Positions 43,660 to 53,162 of a stretch of 64,000 nt of DNA are shown here, piece by piece. Both the position numbers and the translations under genes were made by a program. Within the stretch, counting starts at the first letter, position 1; each line of letters opens with the position of its first letter. This stretch comes from a virus. The stretch covers positions 21,456 to 85,455 of IMG/VR virus record IMGVR_UViG_3300013115_000353; one strand, 5' to 3'. Under the pieces are notes generated by a model. That model worked only from the letters and a program-made list of their open reading frames with translations, searched no databases and was not told the origin of the DNA.

Positions 43660-44568
43660 TTATTCTTCGTCGTTCTTTACCTCGTCCAACAATGCCACAA
43701 TGTCTAGCCCGGCACAATCAATCTTACGCTTGCTAACATGATAATGACTTACAAATCCTGTAAACTTTCCATAGGGAACATCTTGTTCATATTTTGTAGA
43801 AATCTTGCCGAACTGACTCTTCGGAGCCTCATAGGGTATCTCGGTAGCAGCATGAATGGCTTTCCATAAAGCCTTGAGGGCTTCAATTTGAACTGGATAA
43901 AATCCCAGAAAGGGATCCAATTTAGTTCCGTGTACCCAGGCGCCATCTATAATAGGACGCTCGCCATGACCCCGTTTGACATATGTATCTTGATATTTTA
44001 AATAATAAGCGTTAGATATTTCAACGCCCACTGACGCCCGATTGGCGCGAGAAGATCCCGCATGAAATGCAGCGTGTTGCATATCTAATGTCTGATAAAT
44101 AGTGCCGTCATTATCAATCATGAAATGAACTGAAATCCCTCTCTTATCTAACACTCTAGCGCAAGAAGCTGCCGACAAACATACGTCCCAATGATTTACA
44201 AAGTACCGTATGTTGCGCTTCGGGCGACCGGTGTAGTCATAGTAGGATCCTTTCTCTGCTTTGTGTCCTTCTCCTTCCGACCATAATACCATCTTCTCCC
44301 AGTCAATGGGAAAATATGAACCGTTGTAAACAATATAATTAGAGTATTTCACGTTGGGCGGCTTATGATCATCAACGTCTGCCTGTCTTTCTGTCCATAG
44401 ACGACGAAAAGTCATGGGCCCACAAAGCCCGTCCGGAGTTAGTTCTCTATTCCGTTGCCATTTTTTGATAGCTCTAACGAGTTTATCGTCAAAGTACTTT
44501 TCCCCAAACCATGAGGGTTCCCATCCAAGCTTTTTGGCAGAAGCTTCATTGTAAAAATCTTTGTCCAT
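43660..44568 (-). CDS. N-acetylmuramoyl-L-alanine amidase (endolysin) with an N-terminal peptidoglycan-binding domain
   Basis: AIKKWQ...LTPDGLCGPMT; VNHW, SVHFMIDNDGTIYQ, AFHAG, SVGVEI, SHYH...KIDC. Confidence 0.87.
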   Translation of the reverse strand: MDKDFYNEASAKKLGWEPSWFGEKYFDDKLVRAIKKWQRNRELTPDGLCGPMTFRRLWTERQADVDDHKPPNVKYSNYIVYNGSYFPIDWEKMVLWSEGEGHKAEKGSYYDYTGRPKRNIRYFVNHWDVCLSAASCARVLDKRGISVHFMIDNDGTIYQTLDMQHAAFHAGSSRANRASVGVEISNAYYLKYQDTYVKRGHGERPIIDGAWVHGTKLDPFLGFYPVQIEALKALWKAIHAATEIPYEAPKSQFGKISTKYEQDVPYGKFTGFVSHYHVSKRKIDCAGLDIVALLDEVKNDEE

Positions 44569-44582
44569 TCATTGTATGTCCT

Positions 44583-44876
44583 TTAAAATATTCCTATAAT
44601 ATAATTATCTAGTATAACATTATATAGCACACCATCTACACATATTTCCTCTAACATGGACTTGTCCACCACTAGAGTGGGATGTTTGCCAACATTTGCT
44701 ACCGCAGATAATGCGTCTTTAAACCTTACATCTTCTGCCCAGTCCAAAGCTACTACTGTGGCATGTCTTTCTTGAGTCGGCTTAAAGCTATCGGGAAGAA
44801 TGATTCCAGTATCAGTCTGATTTTCTTCTGTTTTGGTTCCTTCTACCAAAACATAACGATTAACCGGCTTAAACAT
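44583..44876 (-). CDS. groES: Co-chaperonin GroES
   Basis: FKPVNRYVLV...TDTGIILP...ATVVA...YNVILDNYIIG. Confidence 0.75.
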   Translation of the reverse strand: MFKPVNRYVLVEGTKTEENQTDTGIILPDSFKPTQERHATVVALDWAEDVRFKDALSAVANVGKHPTLVVDKSMLEEICVDGVLYNVILDNYIIGIF

Positions 44877-45093
44877 TTCCTACCTCATTTTCTAGCACTT
44901 TCTTATGAGTCTCAAACTCCTTCGATGTCAAAAAAATATCTTCGCGGCTGCCGCAGTGTTTACAATACATTGTAATATTTACTTTGCCTCCCACAAGAGC
45001 ACGGATGTGACCAGTGGGCGCCCAATAACATTCTGTTGGGCATCTTCCTGCCGTCTTGATTCTTTTTTGATCAAAAAGATGATTAAAATTCAT
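44869..45093 (-). CDS. Small zinc-binding hypothetical protein
   Basis: CPTEC...CKHC. Confidence 0.6.
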   Translation of the reverse strand: MNFNHLFDQKRIKTAGRCPTECYWAPTGHIRALVGGKVNITMYCKHCGSREDIFLTSKEFETHKKVLENEVGNV

Positions 45094-45105
45094 TTATACC
45101 TCCTA

Positions 45106-47073
45106 TTAAATAGTACATGAATCATTTGTACAAAACTTTGTCCCGCTTCCGCCTTCTTCATCTTCCACGCGCTGGAGTGGGGAGATGTTTTTTATCATAC
45201 GGTTGTAAGTACTCTTATCAATTGCTTCGTAGGGAGCTTGTTCGTATCCTGTCTCTTTATATCTCAAAAAAGAGACAGCTTTAAGGCGCGTTTCATACAT
45301 TTCTAGAGCATCTTTAATTTGGGGCGCCTCCTCGTCATTAAATGTAACCGTAATAGAAACAGAATTATCTGCCCAATAATGTTGATATTGGGCGGCGATC
45401 TCAAGCTGCTCCCACATACTTACATTGCGTTTGCCCTTTACAAAATAAGGCTCATGAATAGGAAACTCTACCACCTTAGTATTAGGAGAGTATTGATCAT
45501 CTTCTATCGTATAGCCAGCATTTTGAAGTGCAACCAACAATTGAGATTGATTTGAAAAACGAATGCGACGAATATAGTATTCGCTCTCAGGAAAATGAAT
45601 TCCTGGGGTGGATCCATTCAGCAACGAAACCGTACCGGATGGCTTGATAGAGGTTGTTCTAACAGACTTAGGGATGCACAGCCAATTAGAATATTCCTCA
45701 TCTAATTCGGCTACATGCTTATAGGCATTGTCGCACCATTGATACATTGTTCTTCTTCCAAACTTATTAAATGCCTGTACAACTCCAGACTGAGATAGTC
45801 CGATTCTTCTATTCTTCAACATCTTTGCGTTGGTTTCGGGCCATTGAGTGTTTGTAAGAGTAACAGTCTTGCCATAAAGATAGGCAATCTTAAGCGTCTT
45901 TAAATAATCTTCATAAGAATCGTGCTTGGCAGGATATGTCTCAACCAAACAACATAACTCTCCATCTTCAAGCTGTTGCTCAACACAAGGATTAAACCCT
46001 GCAACGTTAATGTCATCGTATCTTTCAGGATCCTTAAACCTTCCTCTGATGCGTGCATTATTGAGCCAGATATATCCTGGCTCGCCATTCTTCTGGCTCT
46101 GTTCTGCATGCCACGTATAGTCCATTCCTACTTCAGCCACAAAAGAATTATTGGAACCCCAACGATGATGATAAAGCTTCTCTTGATCGTTCTTCATCTG
46201 AAGATAATGCATGTCATCGTGGGTGCCCATCGCCAGAGCGGCTGACCGACGAACGTTTCCTGCCACAACACATCTACCGATCAGATTCTCAACATCAACG
46301 ATGTCAACTGAAGTGATTGGTTCGCCTACCTTGTCTAAAAACAATTCTGCTAAATTTTCGTGCAGTTCTTTAAGAGGAGCGGCACCACTCGAAGTGCCTC
46401 CAAATCCTTTAATGAGGGCACCTTCAGGACGGATGGCGGAATAATCAAACTTGGGTACCTTAGTCCCGAAGAAATATCCATCTAATAAGATATGAACTGA
46501 ATTCACCCAGCCTTCTCTAGAGTCATCAATAATATGAATGTCGTTGGTTTGTTCTGGCTCTTTGATAATGAGGCTACCGGCGCCCAGAGTGTCAAACCCC
46601 ACGCCAATACCCACCATCAAAGCGTCCATCATCCAAGAAAATAAATAACCTCCCTTGGAGGAGAGTTCTCTAGTAGATCGAAAGGCACAATTAAAAAGGC
46701 CGGCGCCTGTTTTTTCTTCAACAAACTTCGTGCCCATCATCCACAACCCACGTCCAGGTGGCGTCCATTTCAAATTAAACAAACGATCATATGCATCCTT
46801 GGCGGTTCGTTGTGCTTTTGCGTCATTCCATTCTAAGCCGTTATCAATGACATGTTGTTTCTGCATATTAAACATGCCCTCAACGACGCGGCGACATGTC
46901 TGCCACCACTCCTCAGTACCTACAGCATCGGAATCAAACTCGTTCAGTCGGCGCGCATAAGTACGCTTGAACGTGACATATCCCAGTGGGCCCCATGGTA
47001 TCTCTTGGGTTTTATACGGATCAATAAACACATCTGACAATCTAAATCTGCGGACATTTTGTGAAGTTCTCAT
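45106..47073 (-). CDS. nrdJ: Class II (adenosylcobalamin-dependent) monomeric ribonucleoside-triphosphate reductase
   Basis: PPGRGLW, FNCAF, GNVRRSA, NPCVEQ, KPSGTVS, C-terminal C...C. Confidence 0.93.
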   Translation of the reverse strand: MRTSQNVRRFRLSDVFIDPYKTQEIPWGPLGYVTFKRTYARRLNEFDSDAVGTEEWWQTCRRVVEGMFNMQKQHVIDNGLEWNDAKAQRTAKDAYDRLFNLKWTPPGRGLWMMGTKFVEEKTGAGLFNCAFRSTRELSSKGGYLFSWMMDALMVGIGVGFDTLGAGSLIIKEPEQTNDIHIIDDSREGWVNSVHILLDGYFFGTKVPKFDYSAIRPEGALIKGFGGTSSGAAPLKELHENLAELFLDKVGEPITSVDIVDVENLIGRCVVAGNVRRSAALAMGTHDDMHYLQMKNDQEKLYHHRWGSNNSFVAEVGMDYTWHAEQSQKNGEPGYIWLNNARIRGRFKDPERYDDINVAGFNPCVEQQLEDGELCCLVETYPAKHDSYEDYLKTLKIAYLYGKTVTLTNTQWPETNAKMLKNRRIGLSQSGVVQAFNKFGRRTMYQWCDNAYKHVAELDEEYSNWLCIPKSVRTTSIKPSGTVSLLNGSTPGIHFPESEYYIRRIRFSNQSQLLVALQNAGYTIEDDQYSPNTKVVEFPIHEPYFVKGKRNVSMWEQLEIAAQYQHYWADNSVSITVTFNDEEAPQIKDALEMYETRLKAVSFLRYKETGYEQAPYEAIDKSTYNRMIKNISPLQRVEDEEGGSGTKFCTNDSCTI

Positions 47074-47076
47074 AAA

Positions 47077-48447
47077 TTATTTTCTCCCTTTTCTGAACTT
47101 TTCATATCTTGTTTGTAATACTTGTTGTTGCTTTTTAGGATCAAGCGCCACGGGATTTAACTGTATCTGTGGCGTTGTTGCCTTTGGAAGTATTTTGATA
47201 TTAACATTTGATGTATCCATAAAAATATCATACACAATTCCATCAGGACCGTTCCGGTTTTTAGCAATAAAAATCTTTCCTTGGTTCTTCTTTTTATCTT
47301 CAATGGTGCGCGACACAGAAAAAATAAAATCTGCGACGAAACACTTATTAAAGGCTTCTGAAATTTGTTCCATTGTAATCACTTCTGCACTTAGCCCAGA
47401 TCTATTTGTTTGTGAAGCTGTCCATAAGGCACACTTAAATTCAGAAGCAATCGCTCTAAGCTCTTCATAAATAGATTCCAATTCGTTTCGTCTCTCTTTT
47501 CTAATAACAGTTGGGCGCAATAAATCTGCATAATCAACAATGATCATTCCAGGATCGATCCCTCGCTTGACGAGGCGAGACAAATGCGCTCGAATAGTAT
47601 TGGTGGAAGCAGACTTGGTGGGATATTCTTTCACGATTAGTTTACCATCAATCTGGTTGATTTGTTTATAAATATCTTCTTTAAAACTGGGTAAATTAGA
47701 AAGAGGATATCCAGTGATACAGCTATCATACCGATTTCCAATCACAGTGTCTGGCAACTCCAGCGTATAATGTACCACCACCTTCTTTTCTTTTAGCGCC
47801 TGGACGCCAAGATGTACAAGCACCATTGACTTGCCGGCGCCGGTGGGAGCAATAACAACCCCCATCTCTTTCTGTCCCAAGCCGCCTCCGCTTATGCCGT
47901 CGATGTCTTTCCAGCCCGTAGTCACGGGGCGTCGATGTTTGGGCTTATATCTCTCCTCAAAATCCTGAATAAAATCATGTCCAAAATCAGTCTCGGAACC
48001 AAGTCTTAATGAGTCATTGATGACTTTGGAAATCTCATCAAAAGAACACGTCTGAAGCAGTCCAACGGATTTCATCATAGCCTCTTTAAGATTTTGTTTC
48101 CGGCAGAAATCTAGGCTAGCCTCTTTAATGTATTCTATATCAGTGAGTTCTTTCTTGTGTATCTTTGCAAAATAATCACGTACCTGTTTTTGAACTATCT
48201 CATCTTCTTTCTCTAAGTCAGTTCGTAGGATACTAATAATAGCATCTACCGAAGGATGTTTATTATACTTCTGTCGATATGTGATAATGCGCTGTACAAA
48301 GACGCGCAAGTATTCTAACTCTAAAAAGTTTACATTAAACACTTCCATTATCTGATCGGCAAATGGCCGATCTTCGAAAATTAGTTGTACCAGTCCTTCT
48401 TGGAAAGCTTTTCCATACTTCCCAAAGCTTGCGCCCTCTCTTGTCAT
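47077..48447 (-). CDS. Replicative DNA helicase (DnaB / T4 gp41-like)
   Basis: APTGAGKS, YTLEL, IVKEYPT, IIVDYADL, TASQTNR, AKNRNG. Confidence 0.92.
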   Translation of the reverse strand: MTREGASFGKYGKAFQEGLVQLIFEDRPFADQIMEVFNVNFLELEYLRVFVQRIITYRQKYNKHPSVDAIISILRTDLEKEDEIVQKQVRDYFAKIHKKELTDIEYIKEASLDFCRKQNLKEAMMKSVGLLQTCSFDEISKVINDSLRLGSETDFGHDFIQDFEERYKPKHRRPVTTGWKDIDGISGGGLGQKEMGVVIAPTGAGKSMVLVHLGVQALKEKKVVVHYTLELPDTVIGNRYDSCITGYPLSNLPSFKEDIYKQINQIDGKLIVKEYPTKSASTNTIRAHLSRLVKRGIDPGMIIVDYADLLRPTVIRKERRNELESIYEELRAIASEFKCALWTASQTNRSGLSAEVITMEQISEAFNKCFVADFIFSVSRTIEDKKKNQGKIFIAKNRNGPDGIVYDIFMDTSNVNIKILPKATTPQIQLNPVALDPKKQQQVLQTRYEKFRKGRK

Positions 48448-48466
48448 TTATGCCCTCTTGTTTATT

Positions 48467-48494
48467 ATTATAACACGTTGACGGTAAAAGTCAA
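48467..48494 (-). promoter_or_regulatory. Sigma70-type promoter
   Basis: TTGACT, 16 bp, TATAAT with TGn. Confidence 0.6.
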
Positions 48495-49450
48495 CCACAT
48501 TCTCTCACGATCTTATTCATGTGCGTTTTTAAATCTTCTAGATTTAGTTCTCCAAATCCATCATCACGCATCATACGAATAATTTCAGTTTTATTAAATG
48601 TAAATTCAAAGTTCTCGACAGCTTCCTTCGTCACCATCTTAGATTGGAAAGACATCTGGGGAGCGTACAACTGCATCATTTTATAATTATGTTCGATTAT
48701 CTCCTTTCCCTCAATGATGTTAGGAAAAAATCTAAGTTTGCTTTCGGCGTGTTCACAATGTTCTATAACCTCTTCAATTGTATAAGCTTTTTCCTCCGAT
48801 AAAAAATCAAGCCTTTTTGCTACTGTTGCAAATCCAACACCTTTAATACCTGGAAGGTTATCAGAGGCGTCTCCAATGATTGCACGTGCTAGTGCCATGT
48901 TCGTGGGGTGAATTCCCGTTTGCTCGATGATACGATTTTTGTTTAACAATTCTTTTTTAACTGGCCGCATCAAAACAGTCTCATCATCACACAACTGAAA
49001 GAAGTCTTTGTCGTTTGAAACAATAACCTTCTGCCAGCCCTTGTAATAAGGCATCTGAGTGATGTAAGAGATAACGTCATCTGCTTCAATTTGAGGTAGC
49101 ATCGTCTGGATGATCGGCATCTCATTTAGATACTCAATCAAACGACTTTGTTGCCACACCTTGTTTGTAGTTTCCTCATCCTCTGATAAGTTATGAAAGG
49201 CGCGATTCAATCGAATAGGCTTGCGTCCCTCTTTGTAGTTCTTATCCATCGTCTTGCGCTTTCGAGAACCATCTGGGCCATCCCAAGCGATCACTACATG
49301 ATCTGGTTTCGTATCTCTCACAAGCTTCTGTAAAATCTTTAACGATCCTTTTAGCCCTCCAATAGGTTGCCCATTGGTAGAGATGGAGGGATCAACAATG
49401 TATGCCCTCAAATACATATTCAAAGCATCAATAATTAATACTCTTTTCAT
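48491..49450 (-). CDS. 5'-3' exonuclease / flap endonuclease (PolI N-terminal / T4 RNase H family)
   Basis: Start moved to ATG 49450; LIIDALN, YKEGR, EADDVI, SNDKDFFQL, GDASDNLPGIKGVG. Confidence 0.92.
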   Translation of the reverse strand: MKRVLIIDALNMYLRAYIVDPSISTNGQPIGGLKGSLKILQKLVRDTKPDHVVIAWDGPDGSRKRKTMDKNYKEGRKPIRLNRAFHNLSEDEETTNKVWQQSRLIEYLNEMPIIQTMLPQIEADDVISYITQMPYYKGWQKVIVSNDKDFFQLCDDETVLMRPVKKELLNKNRIIEQTGIHPTNMALARAIIGDASDNLPGIKGVGFATVAKRLDFLSEEKAYTIEEVIEHCEHAESKLRFFPNIIEGKEIIEHNYKMMQLYAPQMSFQSKMVTKEAVENFEFTFNKTEIIRMMRDDGFGELNLEDLKTHMNKIVRECG

Positions 49451-49668
49451 TCCTTTTCTCCTTTTAAATTTTGGATATGATGTTCCAGATACCACTTGGC
49501 TTTTTCTAAATCCTCAATACTGTGTTTAGTTTTCTTACCTGCTCGTGAAATATACTTAATCACATTTCCTAAACAAAAGCCCAGCCCCCATGCATCTATT
49601 ACTTTAATTGCCTCATAGGGATTCTCTTCGCCTCCATAGTGGCTAGGGTGGTTAATCTTCTCTGTCAT
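49447..49668 (-). CDS. DUF3310-type protein
   Basis: INHPSHY...FCLGNVIKYISRAGKK...EDLEKAKWYL. Confidence 0.85.
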   Translation of the reverse strand: MTEKINHPSHYGGEENPYEAIKVIDAWGLGFCLGNVIKYISRAGKKTKHSIEDLEKAKWYLEHHIQNLKGEKE

Positions 49669-49837
49669 CTTTATCGCCCGTGTCTTTGCAAATTATATGC
49701 CCGTCATCATCGAGTGGCGGCCGGTGTTCGTGTGCGGTATCGCCAGGGCACCAACAATTACTTCCCCCAGGACACTTACTATCGTTGGGGTAAAGTCCGT
49801 AGCTGCATGCCAGCAGCAATGGCAGAATAAAATTCAT
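49652..49837 (-). CDS. Small putative lipoprotein
   Basis: LLLAC lipobox-like; Cys-rich; GAGG RBS. Confidence 0.5.
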   Translation of the reverse strand: MNFILPLLLACSYGLYPNDSKCPGGSNCWCPGDTAHEHRPPLDDDGHIICKDTGDKDDRED

Positions 49838-50013
49838 CCTATCACCTCAACAATCTCACTTTCAAAAAATACATCTGGCGCCTTGTCTCCTACACACAGG
49901 ATTTCATAGGTACCTTCCTTCCAGTCGCCCACAATAAGCCCTACATAGTATCTGTTGGGAGGAGATACGTCGTCTATTATTTTTACTAACTGCCCTACTT
50001 TATATTTCTTCAT
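49834..50013 (-). CDS. Small KOW/SH3-like protein (59 aa, not in track)
   Basis: MKKYKVGQLVKII...GLIV...YEIL...IVEVIG*. Confidence 0.65.
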   Translation of the reverse strand: MKKYKVGQLVKIIDDVSPPNRYYVGLIVGDWKEGTYEILCVGDKAPDVFFESEIVEVIG

Positions 50014-50459
50014 AGTTTATAACTCCCCACAATCTTATCATCAATGGTATACACCACCTTCTTAATACCTACGTGCTTCATGGCAGCGTGACACATCGAA
50101 CACGGCTTACTCAGCCTGTATTCTCCGCACTTACCCACGCGTGCAACGTACACAGTTGCGCCGGTAGTAATAGATCGATCAAGTCCCAAAATAACCCCCA
50201 ATTCCGCATGCACCGTGGTGCGTCCGTTGTGCTCTTTTTGAAATCTTTTCCCGAAAGACGAAAAATTGTTTTTATTATATGCAGTATTTCTAATAGAACT
50301 ACCCTTAACCAGGACGGCGCCGTGTTTGTACTCTGGATAAACTGATTGGTTGGCTACTCTCTTAGCCAAGTCCATATATCGATTCACCTTACCCTTGTAC
50401 TTATGATATCTGTCTGCTGATTGCGTATTGTATTCTGCACATTGTCTGGGCTCAGACAA
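50010..50459 (-). CDS. Cytidine/dCMP deaminase-family zinc enzyme
   Basis: HGAVLV, VHAE, KPCSMC, GIKKVVY. Confidence 0.85.
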   Translation of the reverse strand: MSEPRQCAEYNTQSADRYHKYKGKVNRYMDLAKRVANQSVYPEYKHGAVLVKGSSIRNTAYNKNNFSSFGKRFQKEHNGRTTVHAELGVILGLDRSITTGATVYVARVGKCGEYRLSKPCSMCHAAMKHVGIKKVVYTIDDKIVGSYKL

Positions 50460-50463
50460 GAAA

Positions 50464-50511
50464 ACCTCCTAAACATATACCAAGTATACTAGCTTAGGAG
50501 GCTGAAGTCAA
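50464..50511 (-). promoter_or_regulatory. Sigma70-type promoter overlapped by an RBS-sequestering hairpin
   Basis: TTGACT (50511-50506), 17 bp, TATACT (50488-50483); stem GCCTCCTAAGC/GTTTAGGAGGT. Confidence 0.7.
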
Positions 50512-50524
50512 GTGTTTATTTGTT

Positions 50525-50767
50525 TTAAATAACTACTTTAACACCGAATGACCATCTTCCGCGAATCCAATGCCCATAAGGATCATAATGCCCTGGTGTC
50601 CAATTCCACCCTACAACACGGCGTGCGTGATGTCGGTGTCGTGGAGGAGGCGAGTGCCGGTGTGTCGTCGCATGATGTTTATGCTTCGGCGGTGGCGACT
50701 TATGTGCCTTGTGGTGTGCGTCTGCTGGTGCTGATAGGAGCACCATCAAAGATAGAATATTTAACAT
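50525..50767 (-). CDS. Small secreted His/Pro-rich protein
   Basis: Signal peptide ending ADA; His-rich tract; W.PGHY...W..G.W repeat. Confidence 0.6.
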   Translation of the reverse strand: MLNILSLMVLLSAPADAHHKAHKSPPPKHKHHATTHRHSPPPRHRHHARRVVGWNWTPGHYDPYGHWIRGRWSFGVKVVI

Positions 50768-50828
50768 GTTATTTCTCCTTCTATGTGGGAATATTCTTCC
50801 CAGTATTTAGACGGATGAACTTTATGTT

Positions 50829-51953
50829 TTATTCATTTTCTTCGTAAAAATCTTTCGCATTGCCCAATCTTTCATCGAACTTTCTCACCACTTCCTCATC
50901 CATCAGTTGGAGAATCTTTTCTCTAAATTCTGAATCTTCACGAATCAAACCACTCCACTTAGACGGTTGAAACTTCTTGGTATATCCATCGGGCATCGTG
51001 AGCGTATACCACGCACCAGCACTCGTCAAATAATCTGAACTCTTGATGGCATCAAACCAGCTTTCCTCATCGCGGATACCAATATCTTTTGTACCCCACA
51101 TAATACGGAAAGTACAGTTTCTGCCTTGTGTCCCAAAGCGAGACTTTTCTAGTTTACACCTCACCTCTGAGCCAATGCGAAATCCCTTTTCGTCTGTGAC
51201 AAAAGAACTCTTTGACTTGCGCCCTGTCAACCAGATACGCAAAGAGTATGCGTAATGCATAGCCTTACCACCAGGGGTAGTATACGGAGTTACCATAGCA
51301 ATCTGTCGTGCCATTGGCCCTGATGGAATGTTTGTCTTCAGCTGGTTCAAAACCAGAAAAGTAGCTTGCTGATCCGCAATCGGAATAGTAAGCTTTGACA
51401 TTCCCTTTGCCAGAATACGAGCCTTCACTGCCATCGATGATTGAGGATTAAAATCTCCTTCAATATCAGAAATAGCCGGCGTCAATGCCAACGAATCCCA
51501 GATGAAAACAAGCTGTTCATCAGTCGCTCCAAGCAACTCTTCAATCGTCTCCAAGACGAACTCAACAGACGTTGCCTGGATGTACATAAGACGCTCTAGG
51601 TCGCAGCCTGAGCGCTCCAAAAAGTCAGGATCGATAGCAGACTCGGAATCAAAATACACCACAAGCTTACCCTGTTTCTGGGCGTTTGCTGCTATCTGTG
51701 CTGCCATGTATGACTTGCCTGTGGACTCCAACCCTGCTAGCTCTGTGATCTTCCCAACGGGGATGCCGGCTACTTGTCCACGACACACAATGGAGTCCAG
51801 CCAGCGTGAGCCAGTAGGGATCCATTCCTTTACTTGCGTGGGATTTGAGCCAGTTAAATCATGGGCTACATTTCTGCCGGCCTTCTTGTTAACGATCTTC
51901 ATCAGATCTTGCATTGCTACTCGACCCGGCTTTGTTTGTGCTTTTCTAGCCAT
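50829..51953 (-). CDS. recA: RecA/UvsX-family recombinase
   Basis: Start moved to ATG 51953; IPTGS..LD, GLESTGKS, YFDSESA, VWDS-like FIWDSLA, LNQ, TPGGKA. Confidence 0.92.
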   Translation of the reverse strand: MARKAQTKPGRVAMQDLMKIVNKKAGRNVAHDLTGSNPTQVKEWIPTGSRWLDSIVCRGQVAGIPVGKITELAGLESTGKSYMAAQIAANAQKQGKLVVYFDSESAIDPDFLERSGCDLERLMYIQATSVEFVLETIEELLGATDEQLVFIWDSLALTPAISDIEGDFNPQSSMAVKARILAKGMSKLTIPIADQQATFLVLNQLKTNIPSGPMARQIAMVTPYTTPGGKAMHYAYSLRIWLTGRKSKSSFVTDEKGFRIGSEVRCKLEKSRFGTQGRNCTFRIMWGTKDIGIRDEESWFDAIKSSDYLTSAGAWYTLTMPDGYTKKFQPSKWSGLIREDSEFREKILQLMDEEVVRKFDERLGNAKDFYEENE

Positions 51954-53028
51954 CGCTGTCTGTGTCTCCTTTATCCACAAATGGATAAGATATTAATGAA
52001 TGTTGATTTTCTTTCTTTGGACCCTCCATGATCTGCGGAATGAATTTTATAACCTCAAAGTTTCTTCTAGAGAAAATATGAAGCGAGCTATCAATATATC
52101 TTTTTAATAGTTCTACATACTCATCCCGTTGATCAAGAATATCAGTTGGGTTTTTTTTATCAGAAAACCCCACAAAATGGACAGTCACATTCTCCAGATC
52201 TTTTTGAGGGATTTTACTAGTACCCGATTCTAATTCTATTAAAGTCGGGAGAAGAAGCCCAAAAGTTTTAGCGGCCAACTTAGCGGGAAAAACACATGGT
52301 ATGGAATTTGTTTCTCGACAATACTTCACGTTATTAAATTTCCCATTCTTAATAAACGTTTTAAACTCCGGAAAATCTCTCTCGATCAGCCACTGTTGAG
52401 CATCTGTCATCGCATAGCCATTCACTTTAAGAAGCGTCGGCCCTTTGCCAACTTCATTAAAAATTTGTCTTATCAACCTTCTCCTACTCACAGTAGTGTT
52501 TTGTGGTAGACTGTCGTTTACTAAAGTAGTAACATTTTCAACCTTCTTTTCGTCAGACAAACATTGCCAATCTTCTAGAAGACTTGCTTTTCCTACTTCT
52601 AATATGTCGGGCTCACTATTGCCTTGAATAGACCCCTTTACCTTATTAAGGGTAACTTGCAATCTTTTTAGTTTGGCTCCCGCTGGCCGTGCGTCCACCA
52701 GCATATATACAGGTACCGAAGTCCACCCCAGTCCACGTAACGCTGGATCTCTAGTGTATCCCTCAATCAAGTATGATGTTGAATCCACGAACAAAGGAGT
52801 CAAAAGGCCATCTGCGAGAATAGACAGTCTCTTTCTAGCAATTTCTTTGGATACAGTGCCAAAAACTCTAACCTGATTGTTCTTTTGATCCCGTTTGATG
52901 TCTTTCAGGCGCATTTCCGTCAAGGTAAATGTATAGGATCCATCCATAGTTTCAACAGTTACCTCAGATGGGTATGAGTTAATATCATAATTTTTCACTA
53001 CTTTTAATTTCGCTTGTTCTTGGTGCAT
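51946..53028 (-). CDS. Hypothetical protein with a ParB/Srx-like N-terminal domain
   Basis: NQVR...SILADGLLTPLFV...LIEGYTR..AL..LG...VPV. Confidence 0.55.
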   Translation of the reverse strand: MHQEQAKLKVVKNYDINSYPSEVTVETMDGSYTFTLTEMRLKDIKRDQKNNQVRVFGTVSKEIARKRLSILADGLLTPLFVDSTSYLIEGYTRDPALRGLGWTSVPVYMLVDARPAGAKLKRLQVTLNKVKGSIQGNSEPDILEVGKASLLEDWQCLSDEKKVENVTTLVNDSLPQNTTVSRRRLIRQIFNEVGKGPTLLKVNGYAMTDAQQWLIERDFPEFKTFIKNGKFNNVKYCRETNSIPCVFPAKLAAKTFGLLLPTLIELESGTSKIPQKDLENVTVHFVGFSDKKNPTDILDQRDEYVELLKRYIDSSLHIFSRRNFEVIKFIPQIMEGPKKENQHSLISYPFVDKGDTDSDG

Positions 53029-53162
53029 TTATTTCCTCCTAATAGTTTTTTATGCGCTTGACAATATTGATGCTCTGGATTACAGGACTTTGCTCTACAA
53101 GGGGCAGAGCTATAATAGCCGCCACAACATTTCTTATTGAGCGCCTTACACCACTTGTTCAT
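53004..53162 (-). CDS. Small Cys-rich protein (52 aa, not in track)
   Basis: AAGGAAGG RBS; MNKWCKALNKKCCGG...PCRAKSCNPEHQYCQAHKK, a C..C..C..H zinc-binding pattern. Confidence 0.45.
   Translation of the reverse strand: MNKWCKALNKKCCGGYYSSAPCRAKSCNPEHQYCQAHKKLLGGNKCTKNKRN

Noticed and set aside
37598-47073. Inteins or introns in dnaE and nrdJ
   Set aside because: Both ORFs are continuous, of normal length, with no intein C...HN splice motifs or LAGLIDADG blocks apparent.
26215-47073. Bacterial chromosome origin suggested by groEL, dnaE, guaB, clpP and iscA
   Set aside because: Single-strand gene packing, tail module, gp32/gp41-like proteins, endolysin and absence of ribosomal or core metabolic operons point to a phage.
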